Assembly: GCA_002633005.1 (NCBI GenBank)
Contig: NMRA01000451.1
Location: 166,892 to 230,891 of the forward strand
Source of the DNA: Phoronis australis
Lineage: Eukaryota; Animalia; Phoronida
Direction of reading: 5' to 3'
Length of the DNA stretch: 64,000 nucleotides
The position numbers were made by a program, and so were the translations under genes. Positions 1 to 12,231 of this stretch are shown here, piece after piece (position 1 is the stretch's first letter; the number at the start of each line of letters is the position of its first letter). Below the pieces are notes generated by a model, which made no database searches, was not told where the DNA came from, and saw nothing but the letters and a program-made list of their open reading frames with translations.

Positions 1-690
1 CACCTATTAAACATGTAAGATTCGTGGTGAAAGAAAACAACAAGAAGGGACTTGATAACACAAACGTGTTGTAGAGACCGCTTCTGTTGCTTGAGGAAAC
101 GACAGTGCTTCTTGCCTTGATTTCAAAACATGCCTGCATGTGAAGAGATCGAACACCGACTGCCACCCAAGCCCATTCCTCTGCACATGGTTCAGTGCTG
201 TAATCATAATGCAACTGTTGCTGGACTCGTGTTGCTTGTTGCTGATGTAACGGTGATGCACACTCCGCTAATCCTTTAAAAAAACATGACAATCATACAA
301 AATGTCATTCTGAGCAGTACATGGATAACATTGATCTATACATTCCATTGGATATACATTGATGTAAAAGTGTGAGTGTGCCTCAAATTGAAACTTCACT
401 TTTATAACAGTTTCCAGACCCATTAAGTTTAGTTCATGTGTTAACTTGTCAATACTGGTGCTGGAAGTCTGATAACAGCCGACATTCAAGGCGGATTGAT
501 GTTTTTCGAAGCACTCGTGAGGCCCTCTGCCCCGTAAACTGATGGATTTTGTTTTTGATAAAATGAGTCTGGAAGGGCCAAGGCGCATACTCAAATTCCG
601 AGAAGAGGTGCATAAGATAGAAGCAAGCACTTTCATCAACCTTCCCCTGTCCTCAGACCCATATTTACCCAATCGAGAACATGCCACCGA
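1..690 (-). mobile_element. Degenerate DNA-transposon (possibly Kolobok-like) transposase fragments
   Basis: Broken minus-strand peptides 'LSMRLGPSRLILSKTKS' and 'VHHRY...ITALNHVQRNGLGWQS' loosely recall the C-terminal part of Kolobok-type transposases. Weak, from memory only. Confidence 0.25.
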
Positions 691-1587
691 TAGTACATAG
701 CCAATTAAAAATATTGAGTCACCTGAGATGTAAACTGCTCAACCTTTGTTAATGCTCCTACCGATCTGCCTTTGGCTACACCCCTTTGCCTTTGAGGAGG
801 TCCCATTTATGATATATTATCATGTGACAATGATATGACCACTCTCAGGTCCAGCAATTTGAGAACCAGATTTCTCCACTAAATAACAGGCATCACAACT
901 CTAACGTATGGTTTCGTTTGGTCTAAATTTTCTCTCAACTAGCTTCGGTCTACCAACACTACCCAACTTTGCTAGCATTTAACCTGAGGTTGTCATCGTT
1001 CACCCACTGGTTTGTGTTCAAGTGGACTAGCTAGCTGACTAGTAGAGTATACAGTAGGATCCCTATGATAAACGATGTTTTTCTTAATAATATGGCAATG
1101 AAAATCCACGAATAACTTTGCAATTAAATTCTGAAAATTGCCAGCAGGTAGAAATCCAATCCACGACCATTGAGTGACAAGCAGGGTATATCAAATCCCA
1201 GTAAGATTACACTCAATTTTAGTAACAACATTGATAGACCTAGGCTACACTACAGATTTTATTCGACTCGAACAAAAGAATTGCTATCAAATTGAGTACG
1301 TAATTTCCCCCGTGTAATGGTTTCATCTAATTCTAAGCGTAATAGTCAGACTGTTAAGCTCATCAAAATGTTCAAGAAACGAATAAGTTACCTAGCTAAG
1401 GCGAACTTCTCTTCTTCGAAGCATTAACGGAAACAGCTGACTATTTGTCTCCAGTTTCCAAACGATAAACAGCATAGCATTATGGGTAACATTGCTTTGG
1501 TTTGTTTTCATCGCGCGGAAAATACAAAACAAAAGAAAAAGTGTCTGCAGGCAGATGATCGACCTCATACTTATGAAAAGTTCTAAT

Positions 1588-4500
1588 TAAGTACTAGTCC
1601 ACGAGAGCACCAACCATGAGCGGCAAGGTGGGGGTCAGCCGATTTTCACCAAATTTGGCACATATGTAGTCCTATGGTATCTATAAACAGCGGTAAAATG
1701 TTTCCTCAAAATATTGCGTTTTTCTAAAGTTATAGGTTCAAACACATTTTACGGTTTCGCAGCCATGTTTTCACGGTATAAAAACTGTCCAGATTTAACT
1801 GTTCATATTTTTCCTTGAATGAAAGCTATTGATTTATTATTCACTTGGCATTGTTTAGTGGTGCCTGTAGATTGTTACACAGATGTCTTGAAACACGATT
1901 CCGATTTACCACCCTCATTTAGTAGTTTTACTACACTGCCCCCCGTTATGCCATTTTGAGGTTGTGTTCAGTACACTGCTGTACCAAATCTGCCCCCACT
2001 GTTATGAGAATGAAACTTAGCCAAAATGTTGACAAAACATGTTACTTTCATTTCATAAAATAAAAACTTTGTCAGCCAGTTTATTAGTTATATATTTTGG
2101 CACCTCAAATGTACTAAAATGAGAAATTTTCATATATCTGAGATCGATGCGTGAGCACCGTAAAATCCGATTGTCCTTCATGTTTTTCGATATTTTGCAA
2201 CAAGTTAGTTCCTCCTGAATGTTTTGAACGTTTTACTACTGATCACTTAGGGCTATAGTACCCCTAAATACCATACATGGCTCCATTTTGTAAAAAGCCG
2301 ATTATGTCCTCCACAGTGAACAGGGTTAGACATGAACTCGACAAATGTAGGTTATTTTGATTTACAGTTGTTTTACTTTGCAATTTCCTCATGGGTATTT
2401 CTTCACACATATTCAAGTCAGATTTTCTGTTGATCAAATGTTCATGCAATGCATTGTAATATCAAATGAAGGATAAGTTTGGTTGCATGACCGCAATTTT
2501 TCCCACGACTTAAAACAAAAGACCGCAGAAATTTTCCTGACGAAATACCGGGTTTGCAGTTCTGTAAAAACATTCGAATGACAAGACAAACTCCACCACT
2601 GTCCATGGCAACTCGTCGCATGTTTTTCGCCCATCGGTCCTATCATTGTTTTCCTTTGTTGTGTCATTGTTGGATGTAACAACACAGGTCGCATGGATAT
2701 AGAACCTTGCGTACATCAGACCGTTGCCGATAAGTGCTCGTCATTATATCTTTATTATAACAACGGAAACAATGAAGATGCTAATCTATTGTTCTCTATG
2801 CGACCAGGTTTCCCGTGGATGACCACAGAAGAGGAATCCCAAAGTATCCACAAACAATGACCACGCACCTTAGTAACTATTACCGCGCACACGAATCCTT
2901 TCCGTGGAACCTAAACACCAAATTTTTATATCCGTGTATTGTGTTGTATTGCTCATGGTACGGGTTCAGACTCTGTTGTATTAAGATTCCAATCCCCAAC
3001 CCTGTAATATGTAGTTTGAGTAAAATTTCTAGACAATGCAGGTTTATGGATTTATTCTCCTTCAAATGAAGAGTAAAAATCAAATTCTGCACAGGTTTTT
3101 TAAAAGTAATCACTTATTGGAAGATCACACATCTAAAAAATAAAACAATGTTTGACAATTTTATTCATTATCTTATTTGAAAATTGCCTACCTCACAGAC
3201 AACTCATCTAAGTTGAAAATATTCCTTGTGAAAAAATATAAAATACCAACCAGAGACTTGTGTACTACAGAATATGTTTTCGTAATACAATGCAAAGATA
3301 ACTGTACAGTCAAAAGTGCAAATATTATGACTCTAATAAAAAATTGCCTTCTAGATCTTTTCAACACTCTAATTGCTACAGGACAGAGTCAACCACACAA
3401 AGCCCATAAAGTCAGGGAATTACATTTAAGGTGATGCAGTCTCACTGCGAAAAAGTGATTTCGCAATATCGCTGACAACACTGGAAATCTCTTCTTCACA
3501 AACTTGAGGTAGCTGTATTTACCACATCAATGTTCTTATCAAAACTAACCACCACAAAATGAAAAATTGGCTTGTCGGTTCCAATTAGGCAGCATTTTAC
3601 AATGAAATGGTCATGAAAAAATACTTTTGCAACATGGTTTGCATTACAATTGCCCTACGATTACAGTTGTACATACATACTAGACCAGTAACAAAATTAC
3701 CCATGGGAACCATAAAATGGTCAATTCGCCAAAAAAACAAGGAGCCACCAGAGCTAATGTGCCAATACTTTTCAGTACTGCAACAAAAAATCATTTGAAG
3801 TGGACATAAACTCGCCTAAAATCACATAAAACAACTTTTGATTTAGATATTTTACCATCACGAAATAGGTATTACTTCCAGGTCACTTTTGAGCAATTTC
3901 AGAACTTTGAAAGATCTGGCAATATGCAATTGCTAAAGACCAGACTAATAGTGTGCGATTTTATACACACAGCATGGTCTCAAGGAATAGCAAACTGTCA
4001 ATTCGCTACAATTCCAGAAATCACTTCCCATCTGGATAAGGAACAAACTGAGCAAAGTTTATAGAGGTAAATGGTCTAAATCAAAACTTATTACCTCCTG
4101 GACAGAATATGGGTTTACAACCCAGGCAGAAAGATAAGTTAACAAAACCAGCCTAACTGCAACAGGGTCTCAAATTTCAGTAATATATACCCATTTACAA
4201 ACAAAAATCTATAATGGTAAATAAAATGCGGAAACATAAATTCAGATCAATTACGCATCTTCAAGGAAAAGGAACAGTACAGTGGTCAGAAATCATCTAA
4301 ATGTGATGGCCACACTGAGAAATCCTGTCAGACCAAAAAATCCAGTGGCTAAACAAAATGAACAATGTACCATTACCATGTGGCCCAGGATCATAATCCG
4401 TGCCTGGACAAAAATTCAGTCTTAGACTAGGTAAATTTTAGACTTGTGCTGTTCACACAAGCAGTTCTGGTGCAAACAAAGCTTGCGACAACACACAAGC

Positions 4501-6638
4501 CTACTTCCCTACACAGCTGTGCTGATACAATAATGCCCCCACTGGATTTAGCAGATCAGCCAGAGTATTTACAGGTCCAGCCACTGTACTGTTTCCTCCC
4601 TTTGAATTTTTACAATGCTACATCCTTGACAATCGCAGATTGCCTCTTTCAATGCATACTCCACTTCCTCTGTCCCAGTTTCCCCACATTTGCTGAGAGT
4701 GGCCTATCTCAAGAAATTATTTTGGACCTGTTGTGGTATAAGCCAGTAATCTTTGGCAAATACTTTTTCCCCCGACTCGTTCCTCAAGCTACAAATTCTC
4801 TTTGACATATCTTCTGGGAGTAGACTTTACGGCCTCTCTCTAGCCCCCTCACTTAGTTGTCCAGAAGGGTACCTTCTTGCTGGTTGTGAACTTTTCCATA
4901 CCCAACCTTTACTAATAATCGGCAAGTCTCCAACTTCAGCAGAAGCCACTTCTTCAGCATAAGCCTTTCCTGATTCCTAAAATTGTATTAATGAAAAAAT
5001 TAAACATATTAAATTTAATGTGGCCATTTCGGCTCAGAAAATATGAATACCAAGCTAAAGTGAAGGCACCAATATTTTTGACGGCTTTAGCATGTTTAAT
5101 TAACTTCATAATCGCAGAAATTCATTGGCAGACATAACATACTCCCTAGTCTCTAAAAGTAGTTCATGGGCAGAAGTCATGTTACACATTTGGTGGTTGT
5201 TATGAAAAGTTATGATGACTACCTATTTTCTATGCCAATGTATACATGTAGTTGCATAAACATCAACACATTTGAATAAGATATGATTAAGCAATAAGGC
5301 CCAAGTTATAAGCAATCACGGTGTGACAATAAAAGTATTTTTGCATGAATGACATGCTTCTAAAAATATTCCTCAGGGTCAGACCCTGGAGTTTAGTGAT
5401 TCCTACCTGAGCTCACACGAAGCAGGACGTTGAACCTTGACTTAACGTCTTTGGTCATTTTCAGACCTCTATCAGGCTCTATCGGATTTCTCCTCTAGTG
5501 TGCAGTGGATGTTCTCAGTGTCTTTGGCGACAGCAATATATCTCGAGTGTTGTAACGATGATTCGGGCAAGTGAATCTAATACGGTAGATTACGTAGCTC
5601 CTGCTGCACAGCTGCCTCTGAGACAGACACTAGCTGAGACAGACTACTTCTCAGGAGGACACGTTCCACCTCCACATCAGCTCCACGTACTCTTATAAGG
5701 TGCTCAAATGTCTCGCTCTATACCTTGTGCATTTCCCAAGAGTTTTCAAACTTGTTTCTCTCAGCAATTTGTAGAAATACCACATTCGATGCGAATGGCA
5801 GTGCCAAATAAATAGATAAATTCGCAAACCCGCACTTTAGGTCAGCCATCATTCAACTAACGCATTGTAAGCTTTAGTTTGGTATTCAGACGAGTTGGAT
5901 GAACAAATTTAGTATAATTTCATATTTTAGTAGGAAATGCTAGTGTCCTTAAAATTAATTAAAAAAACATATAAGCAAACCAATTCTTTTAATTGTTGTA
6001 TTATACCACGGCATATTAATGCGTAGAAACGGCGCACAACTGGTGACTGGTTTAACATGACAAATACACATACGCGGTCTGAAAATAGTGAAATTCAGAA
6101 CCTATTACCAAGCCTGCCTGAAGGGCTGACAAAGTTTTTATTGTATTAATTTCAAGGGCATGGAGTCTTCTACATGTCCATGTTATTATTTTTAGTTTTC
6201 TCGTGGGGGCAGCTTCGCTAAGAGGGTACAACTTACTGCTAGTTTTTCACAAGAAGGAAATGTTCCTCCACGGAAGCAGTTCCAGTGTTACCATGGTAAC
6301 CGATATTGCAGTGTCGGTGCCGTTTTTTACTGACATTGGTCATGAACCTATCATGTGATATCAATATTTTTCAGAAACGATTCTGTTTGAAGCAGAAACT
6401 GGAGTAGAAAATTTGGTCAAAAATGACTCATTCCACACCAAGAAATTGCCTCATTTTGCCCCCAAGAACACTTCCCTTGTATCTCCTAAACCACCAAACT
6501 TTGTGATGTCATACTTCACCCAATTTCTCTCATCCCTAATGTGATTTATCAGACTAAACATGGATCTGAATGGCTGACCCCCCACCTTGGCGCTTGTTGG
6601 CTGTAAAGTGGTCGGTGGATCCGTGGACTGATACTTAA
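1588..6638 (-). mobile_element. ~5-kb TTAA-flanked TIR DNA transposon, Sola3-like, internally deleted and decayed
   Basis: Left end TTAAGTACTAGTCCACG...CAAGGTGGGGGTCAGCC matches the reverse complement of the right end, TTAAGTATCAGTCCACG...CAAGGTGGGGGGTCAGCC. Minus-strand remnants: N-terminal 'EVERVLLRSSL', 'TCPNHR', 'HPLH' (~5450-5750); C-terminal 'LPIISKGWVWKSS...RNESGEKVFAKDYWLIPQQVQNNFLR' (~4700-4977). Confidence 0.65.
3300..4000 (-). mobile_element. Highly decayed non-LTR (LINE) reverse transcriptase fragment nested in the Sola3-like element
   Basis: Broken minus-strand motifs 'PDLSK' (cf. DLSKAFD), 'YGLCV' and 'VEKI*KAIF' occur in the order expected for CR1/L2-type RT and its C-terminus. 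Confidence 0.3.
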
Positions 6639-7486
6639 TCATCAGAGAGTATGTTTCAATGGTTTTTACGCAGATTCATCGCGTTTTAAAACGGATCATA
6701 TGTAAGTTACTGACAACAAGCCAAACCCGTCACATTTCATAAAAAACACCTGGGTCAGATGTGGAAGATTAACACACAGTGATACCTAGCCAGCCAGCTA
6801 GCTGTATGAAGACTGTCGTCAAAATACATCTAGGTACCACTGTGTGTTTTTCTTCCCTAGAACCCGAACATTGCACACAGACAGGGTTACCGTAATTCTG
6901 CTCGTCACATCGTCGCGAAACTTGTATCAACATGTAAAACTAAAGACCGGACGGGGTGCATGCAAAATCTGGGAATCAATCGACTCTCACCTTGCCCGTT
7001 AAAGCCGTTTAAGTGAAAAATAATGCAATAAACGTCATTTTCTTGTGTAACAATGAAAACTATGTTGTCGTTCTGAAAACAGTATGCTCGTGTCAGACGC
7101 ACGCGCCATTTCCTAAATTTTTGCGACATCTCTCGGGAGATGATGATAGCATGGCAGTCGCAAAATTTCTTCTGAAATTCGGTTTTTCGGAATCATAATT
7201 CTAAAAACGTATAATGAAGTGAAACCAGTTCCCAATAATTTGTTGTGACGTGTACGCAACCTCGTAAAAGAACAACACTTGATTGAAGAATGGGCGAAAA
7301 AAGAAACTGGCCAATAGGTGACGCAATATTTCATGGCGCCGAAAGCCGTCGCTAAAGGTCGCTCCACAACTTTAGCAGCAGAATATCGGTAGAACGCCAT
7401 TTTTTCCAACACCGTTAAATAATTTAGTTTACTCAAGGATGACTGTAGTTTTTAATGACACTAATTTTGTCAGATTTTATTTTACC

Positions 7487-7557
7487 ACTTTTTTACCCAC
7501 ATCGGTGCAAAGCTGTATACTGAATGTACAGCTTTGCAATGATGTGGGTAAAAAAGT
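7487..7557. repeat. 71-bp near-perfect inverted repeat (hairpin)
   Basis: Arms ACTTTTTTACCCACATCGGTGCAAAGCTGTA and TACAGCTTTGCAATGATGTGGGTAAAAAAGT: 31 bp each, 2 mismatches, ~9-nt loop. Confidence 0.9.
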
Positions 7558-7707
7558 ACCAAGGCTTGCTGGCTAACCGGATTCATCAACATAATCACAC
7601 TAACCAATGACACTTATCTTGAATTCGCACAAACGTAGTACAGCAAATATTAAAAAATGAGTCCAAGCTCGAGTTTGAGCACAAAGATGAGATCACGGGT
7701 TCTTGAG

Positions 7708-8490
7708 TTAGTATCGTGCCTTACTTCTAAGAGGAACACCCTTGCAAGTATGTCTCTTGTCTTTCTTTAACTCTGCACTTTGCGTGAACAAGTAGCATTT
7801 GGTTTTATCAATTGGGCTTTTGACACCATATTTGTGCACACAAAGCGCATTGATGGTCGTTGCAAACTTTTCCGTGAGATCCGGGACCGAAAGTAACGGT
7901 TTCCGTGGCTTCATAACACTCAGTTGCTCATTTTCTGCTGCAATAAACAAGTCGCTGCCAAGCATTCGGGAAATCTCTAAATGTTCCTCATTGAGTGGAT
8001 GTGGAAAAGTGAAATCGACAAATGCCAGTTCAAAAGGGTTCGTACTGATCTTTCTATAGTTCACCTCATCTCGAGTGAAATTGAAAACAAATAAATTGAG
8101 CAGGAATTTCGCTCTTGTCGATCTTTGTGTTATCTTCTCCAATTCATTGCGACATTTTGTGAATTGTATTGACGAAGATACATCATCCCTATGAAATGGG
8201 TCATGTGAGAGTTTTTCCAGTGTTTCTTGCAGGGAGTATGACTCTATTGGCACGATTGCTTCCAAGTCGTAACCACATCCATAAATTCCAAATTTAACGT
8301 CTCCCTTGTAGTCAAGAGATTCGATGACGTTTTCTATAAACATCGCAATATGGAAGTGCCATTTCTTAAATCGATGAGCGCCTCTTGCTGTATCGACAAG
8401 TATGAAAACATCAGCGCCTAAGCATCTTGGTTGAGGTAAAGCATGTGCCGAAAGATGCAAAAGCACGATAACTATCGCTTCAGTATACAT
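7708..8490 (-). CDS. Secreted von Willebrand factor A-like domain protein, 260 aa, intronless
   Basis: Longest ORF in the window, ATG to stop. Hydrophobic signal peptide (MYTEAIVIVLLHLSAHA), then a VWA-type start 'C-x-x-ADVFILVD', a helix 'FIENVIESL' and a strand 'VKFGIYG'; closing 'INALC'. Confidence 0.75.
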   Translation of the reverse strand: MYTEAIVIVLLHLSAHALPQPRCLGADVFILVDTARGAHRFKKWHFHIAMFIENVIESLDYKGDVKFGIYGCGYDLEAIVPIESYSLQETLEKLSHDPFHRDDVSSSIQFTKCRNELEKITQRSTRAKFLLNLFVFNFTRDEVNYRKISTNPFELAFVDFTFPHPLNEEHLEISRMLGSDLFIAAENEQLSVMKPRKPLLSVPDLTEKFATTINALCVHKYGVKSPIDKTKCYLFTQSAELKKDKRHTCKGVPLRSKARY

Positions 8491-8868
8491 TGTTCATGAT
8501 CATAACAAAACATGTTGTCAACACATATATCTATGAAGCAGAAACCGTATTCATGACGACACGTCGCGTAAATCAAGCGAAGAAACGCTGAACCGAAGAA
8601 GAAATGTGCTTCATGGAACACAGGCAGACCAATTTCCGAATGACTCAAAACCACGTAAGAAACATAAGGGTTGGACACTAAAACTTTGGGGAGCCTAGGG
8701 TCCAAAATTCAGCTGTACAAAACCTAAATAAAATCTGCGTGCATCTATCTCAGGCTCGTCTCGCGTAAGCCTCTAAAGCTTTGTTTTCCTCTGATCCCAT
8801 TCAATTGTCCTCGTGAGTGATGAATTGCCGACTGAATTTCCAAAGCAATCATAACACTTAGTAACACC

Positions 8869-10149
8869 AATAAACGCCCGGGCGTTTATTCGGAAAGGGG
8901 GTGTGTAAACGGAAAGTCGGTATTTTGGCTACGTAAATACCAGCATGATGCGCAATATGTATTTTTGTAAGTGAAACAGTCCTTCTGGGTGGATTTGTAG
9001 TCCTTAAAAGGACTGCTGATACCTGCTAACAACCTTAATTTTGTAGCAACTTTTGCAATATCTGCCCAGCGGGACAAGAAAATTAATGTGCATAACACTT
9101 CTAGACCTCCTTGCGACAAAGTTGATAGCACCCAAGGTCGCTTAGTAGAAAATCTATGAGCTTCGGCTTGAATACTCCCTCCACGTATTGTGAAAAAAAT
9201 AACGAATTCGAGCGTGTGAAATTTCGGGGTCGAACGGAGCTCAACACACATTGCTACCAAACTCATTTTGACGACAGCCTTCATGCAGCTAACTGGCCGG
9301 TTACGTCGGTCACGTTCAGTCTGCGGTGGTTCTGTTTTGTGGTTGGGGCGGTCATGTTTTTAGGTGCGCCTGTCCCATTTTTGATGCGGTGGTCCCATTT
9401 GATTACGTAGATCCTGTTTTGAGGTGAGTTGGTCCGCTGTGGAGTACCGGTGGTCATGTTTTGGGTCCGGCGGTCATGTTGTTTCTCACCCGTGTATCAG
9501 TATTGGCTTTAAAACGACCAGAAAGAATGCACCCCAGAGAGGATATTGCAGCCACCCCCCCCTCATCCTACGAGAACCTCCTGGAATTTTTATCTTCAGT
9601 CATGCGGAAAATCCGACAAGAAATCATTATCACAGCGCTTGAATGTTGTCGCATAGCTGCAAATTGTCTCTACCGTATTCCTCAACGCCCGGCTTCGGTA
9701 ACACATGGGGTACAACTTGGGTATCCAAGAGATGGATGGCAAGTCGCGAGATCCCTTCAGCGGCTCGAAGGTGGAAAGAAATTCGGAGGAGGAGCTGGAT
9801 GAAAACATTGACATGGACTGAATACACGTAGATTAAGAGGTTTCGTGGCTGATTTTTTATTTAAAACTGTTTTTAATAATTTTATGTTGGTAAATGCATA
9901 GCTCGGCAACACCTTATTAGTTTTTATAATTGATAAATGCTCCAGAAAACTGACTTTGTGACTAAAAGTTGACCCTATGTGGGCTTTTAAAAGGAAAATT
10001 TTCTCATAAACGCCCCACTATCTGGATACTCGACTCGAGAAGTTGCAACACAAAATATACGCCAATGGGCGTTTATTCTGCATAATTTTCCGACTAAACA
10101 CACATGGGCGTTTCATTGGGTGGGCTTATCTACGGAAAAAAACCCGGTA
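8869..10149 (+). mobile_element. pogo/Tigger-like (Tc1/mariner superfamily) deleted transposon
   Basis: Right terminus ...GGCTTATCTACGGAAAAAAACCCGGTA. Repeated AATAAACGCCC/GGGCGTTTAT subterminal motifs, including a perfect 22-bp palindrome at 8869-8890. Peptide 'PPSSYENLLEFLSSVMRKIRQEIIITALECCRI' resembles the pogo DDE C-terminus. Confidence 0.65.
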
Positions 10150-11235
10150 ATTGAAAAGTATTCACAAGCTTATACTTTTGATAAGTTTTTCAACCCACCT
10201 CAGTCAAGCTTTTTAGCGGGTGGAAATACCCTCCATTCGATTATTATTCCTTTCATGAAGCAGAAAGACTTAAATGACATACAACATGTGAAAGTAAAAT
10301 ATTTGTAGAGCATAAAAATGCTAAAATACCGTGAACAACAACATGTGGGTCCTGCATGCCTCCAATGATTCCACATGCACACTTTGGTAGTATCGGCCGA
10401 CCTTTTCACATGACTCGTACGCTCATTTACAAACCACCGACGAACTTTCGATTTATTTGCGACACAAACTATGTCAACGAAATTATCAAGTTTTAATTAT
10501 TACAGTTCTAAGTCTTAAAGTAAACCAAAATTTGTGTGACTAGTGCACACAACTATACGGGTTGCAAGCTCAAAGCACGGCATCAACACGGTTACAATTG
10601 TGGTTCCCCGCGGAATTTCAGCTTGACGTCTAATTAAGAAAGACTTCCGGTAAAAAGTAAAAGATTAACTTTAACAATCAAAAATATGTATAATTGACTG
10701 GCAGTTATGAACTATACCATAGAAGTACTGAAGACCCACTGGGAGCACTAAATCTGCGCTGTGTCCCAAAGACCTACGGCAAAGAAAGTATCTTTGCCTA
10801 CGGAAAGTACTAAATCAGACTTGCGTTAAAGGTATACGGTCCGAGTTATAGAAGAAAAAAACTCTTAACGCCGTTTAAGCCTGTGTTTTGATGTGACATG
10901 GAGTTCAAAATGTTATTAACTTTCAACGCGTGTAAAAATTTTGAAAAAATCGTCTTAAATACTGCAAACGAATGAAATGTTTACAAAGAATATAATATCC
11001 CAGATGTTCTAATGGATGTAAACATTACAACAACGCATGCTCAGCCACAGATCTAGAGGGCAACAGAATTTAGGTCGAGCCCGTTGTTAAACGGGGACCT
11101 ATGAAAAAATTGGCAAAGTAAATGAAACTGAAAGAGAAAGTATACACTAAAGGTGCACTTAGAAATAAGTAATATAAGGTTATTGATCTGTCAGAACGCA
11201 TTAAACGGGATAAATGAATATAATTAAAGGGAATT

Positions 11236-11481
11236 GTAAACTGAAGTAAACACCCAAGGTGCTACCAGATAGAGTAGTCTAAGTGAGGACCACTGATGAA
11301 GTGTAAACTGAAGTAAACACCCAAGGAGTTACCAAATAGACGGGTCCGAATGGCCGGACCGAGCCGTATGAAGAATAAACTAACGTAGGCACCCAAGGCG
11401 CTATCAGATAGAGAAGTCCGTGTAGGGGACCTCTACAGTCACGTGGGAAACTAAAGGAAACACCCAGTGGGTTACCAGACA
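11236..11481. repeat. Four degenerate tandem units of ~70 bp
   Basis: Core AAACTRAMGTARRCACCCAAGG...TACCAGA recurs at ~11237, 11304, 11376 and 11447. Confidence 0.8.
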
Positions 11482-11625
11482 AAGTCGTACCTGAAAGTTA
11501 TAATGCAAAATATGAGTAATGAAATAAGAAGATGGGAAAGAGGACCGAGGAATGGGGCAATCAGATAATTACGTGCATACTGAAAATATACAAAGAATTA
11601 AATGGGGGTATGAGATAAGGAACAA

Positions 11626-12231
11626 TTACGAGAGGAGATCCAGGAGGCGGAGGTGATGTCCCAAAGCGAAGCAGACGCTGAGAGATTGCTTGCGGATGCC
11701 TGAAAGGTTAAAGTGAATGAAGTCGGGGCGGTAAAGCTGTAAAGGGTCTTTCCAGAACCCGCCACTACGGGTCCAAAGGAAGATTCTGGGATGGTCGGCG
11801 CGGAGGCGTTTGAGGTGGAAGTTAAGGGATTGGCAACGAGTAAATAAAGTGCCGTCATCGTGGAAACGGAGGAATACCATGCCAATTATGACCGACTGCA
11901 CAGAAGGGCAAGATTGGAGGATAGACTCGGAAAACGAAATGAGGTCGTGGGCCAAAGACAAAGGGTGAGATTCGGGATGAGACAGATCGTTTTCGGCGAT
12001 CTGTAGGAACACTAGAGTGGCCGAGAATTCGACAATAGCTGAGGTTAAATGGCGAACAGAACGAGGGCCAGAGGCTACTGTGACCCCGAACAACCCTAAG
12101 GAGTTGGTGGATACTGAGGACTCGTGGAAGCCCAGATTGGTAAAACCCTGGTCGGTCGCCGCAGACGATTTAAGATAGGCTTCCAGCCAACGCACGCAAG
12201 AACTGCCCAAAATCAAACAGCTAGGTGGCAT
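11626..12231 (-). CDS. SGNH/GDSL hydrolase ORF (201 aa), probably retrotransposon (Ngaro/DIRS)-derived
   Basis: Block I 'LILGSS', block III 'LQIAEND' and block V 'RPDFIHFN'. Open from ATG to stop. C/T-rich coding strand like the nearby DIRS RT. Confidence 0.7.
   Translation of the reverse strand: MPPSCLILGSSCVRWLEAYLKSSAATDQGFTNLGFHESSVSTNSLGLFGVTVASGPRSVRHLTSAIVEFSATLVFLQIAENDLSHPESHPLSLAHDLISFSESILQSCPSVQSVIIGMVFLRFHDDGTLFTRCQSLNFHLKRLRADHPRIFLWTRSGGFWKDPLQLYRPDFIHFNLSGIRKQSLSVCFALGHHLRLLDLLS

Noticed and set aside
2880-2910. 'HGKDSCAR' as the Sola catalytic motif
   Set aside because: It lies downstream of the C-terminal block on the same strand, so the order is wrong; probably chance.
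11236-11481. True CRISPR array
   Set aside because: Eukaryotic context, no cas genes, degenerate repeats, and linkers that resemble each other.
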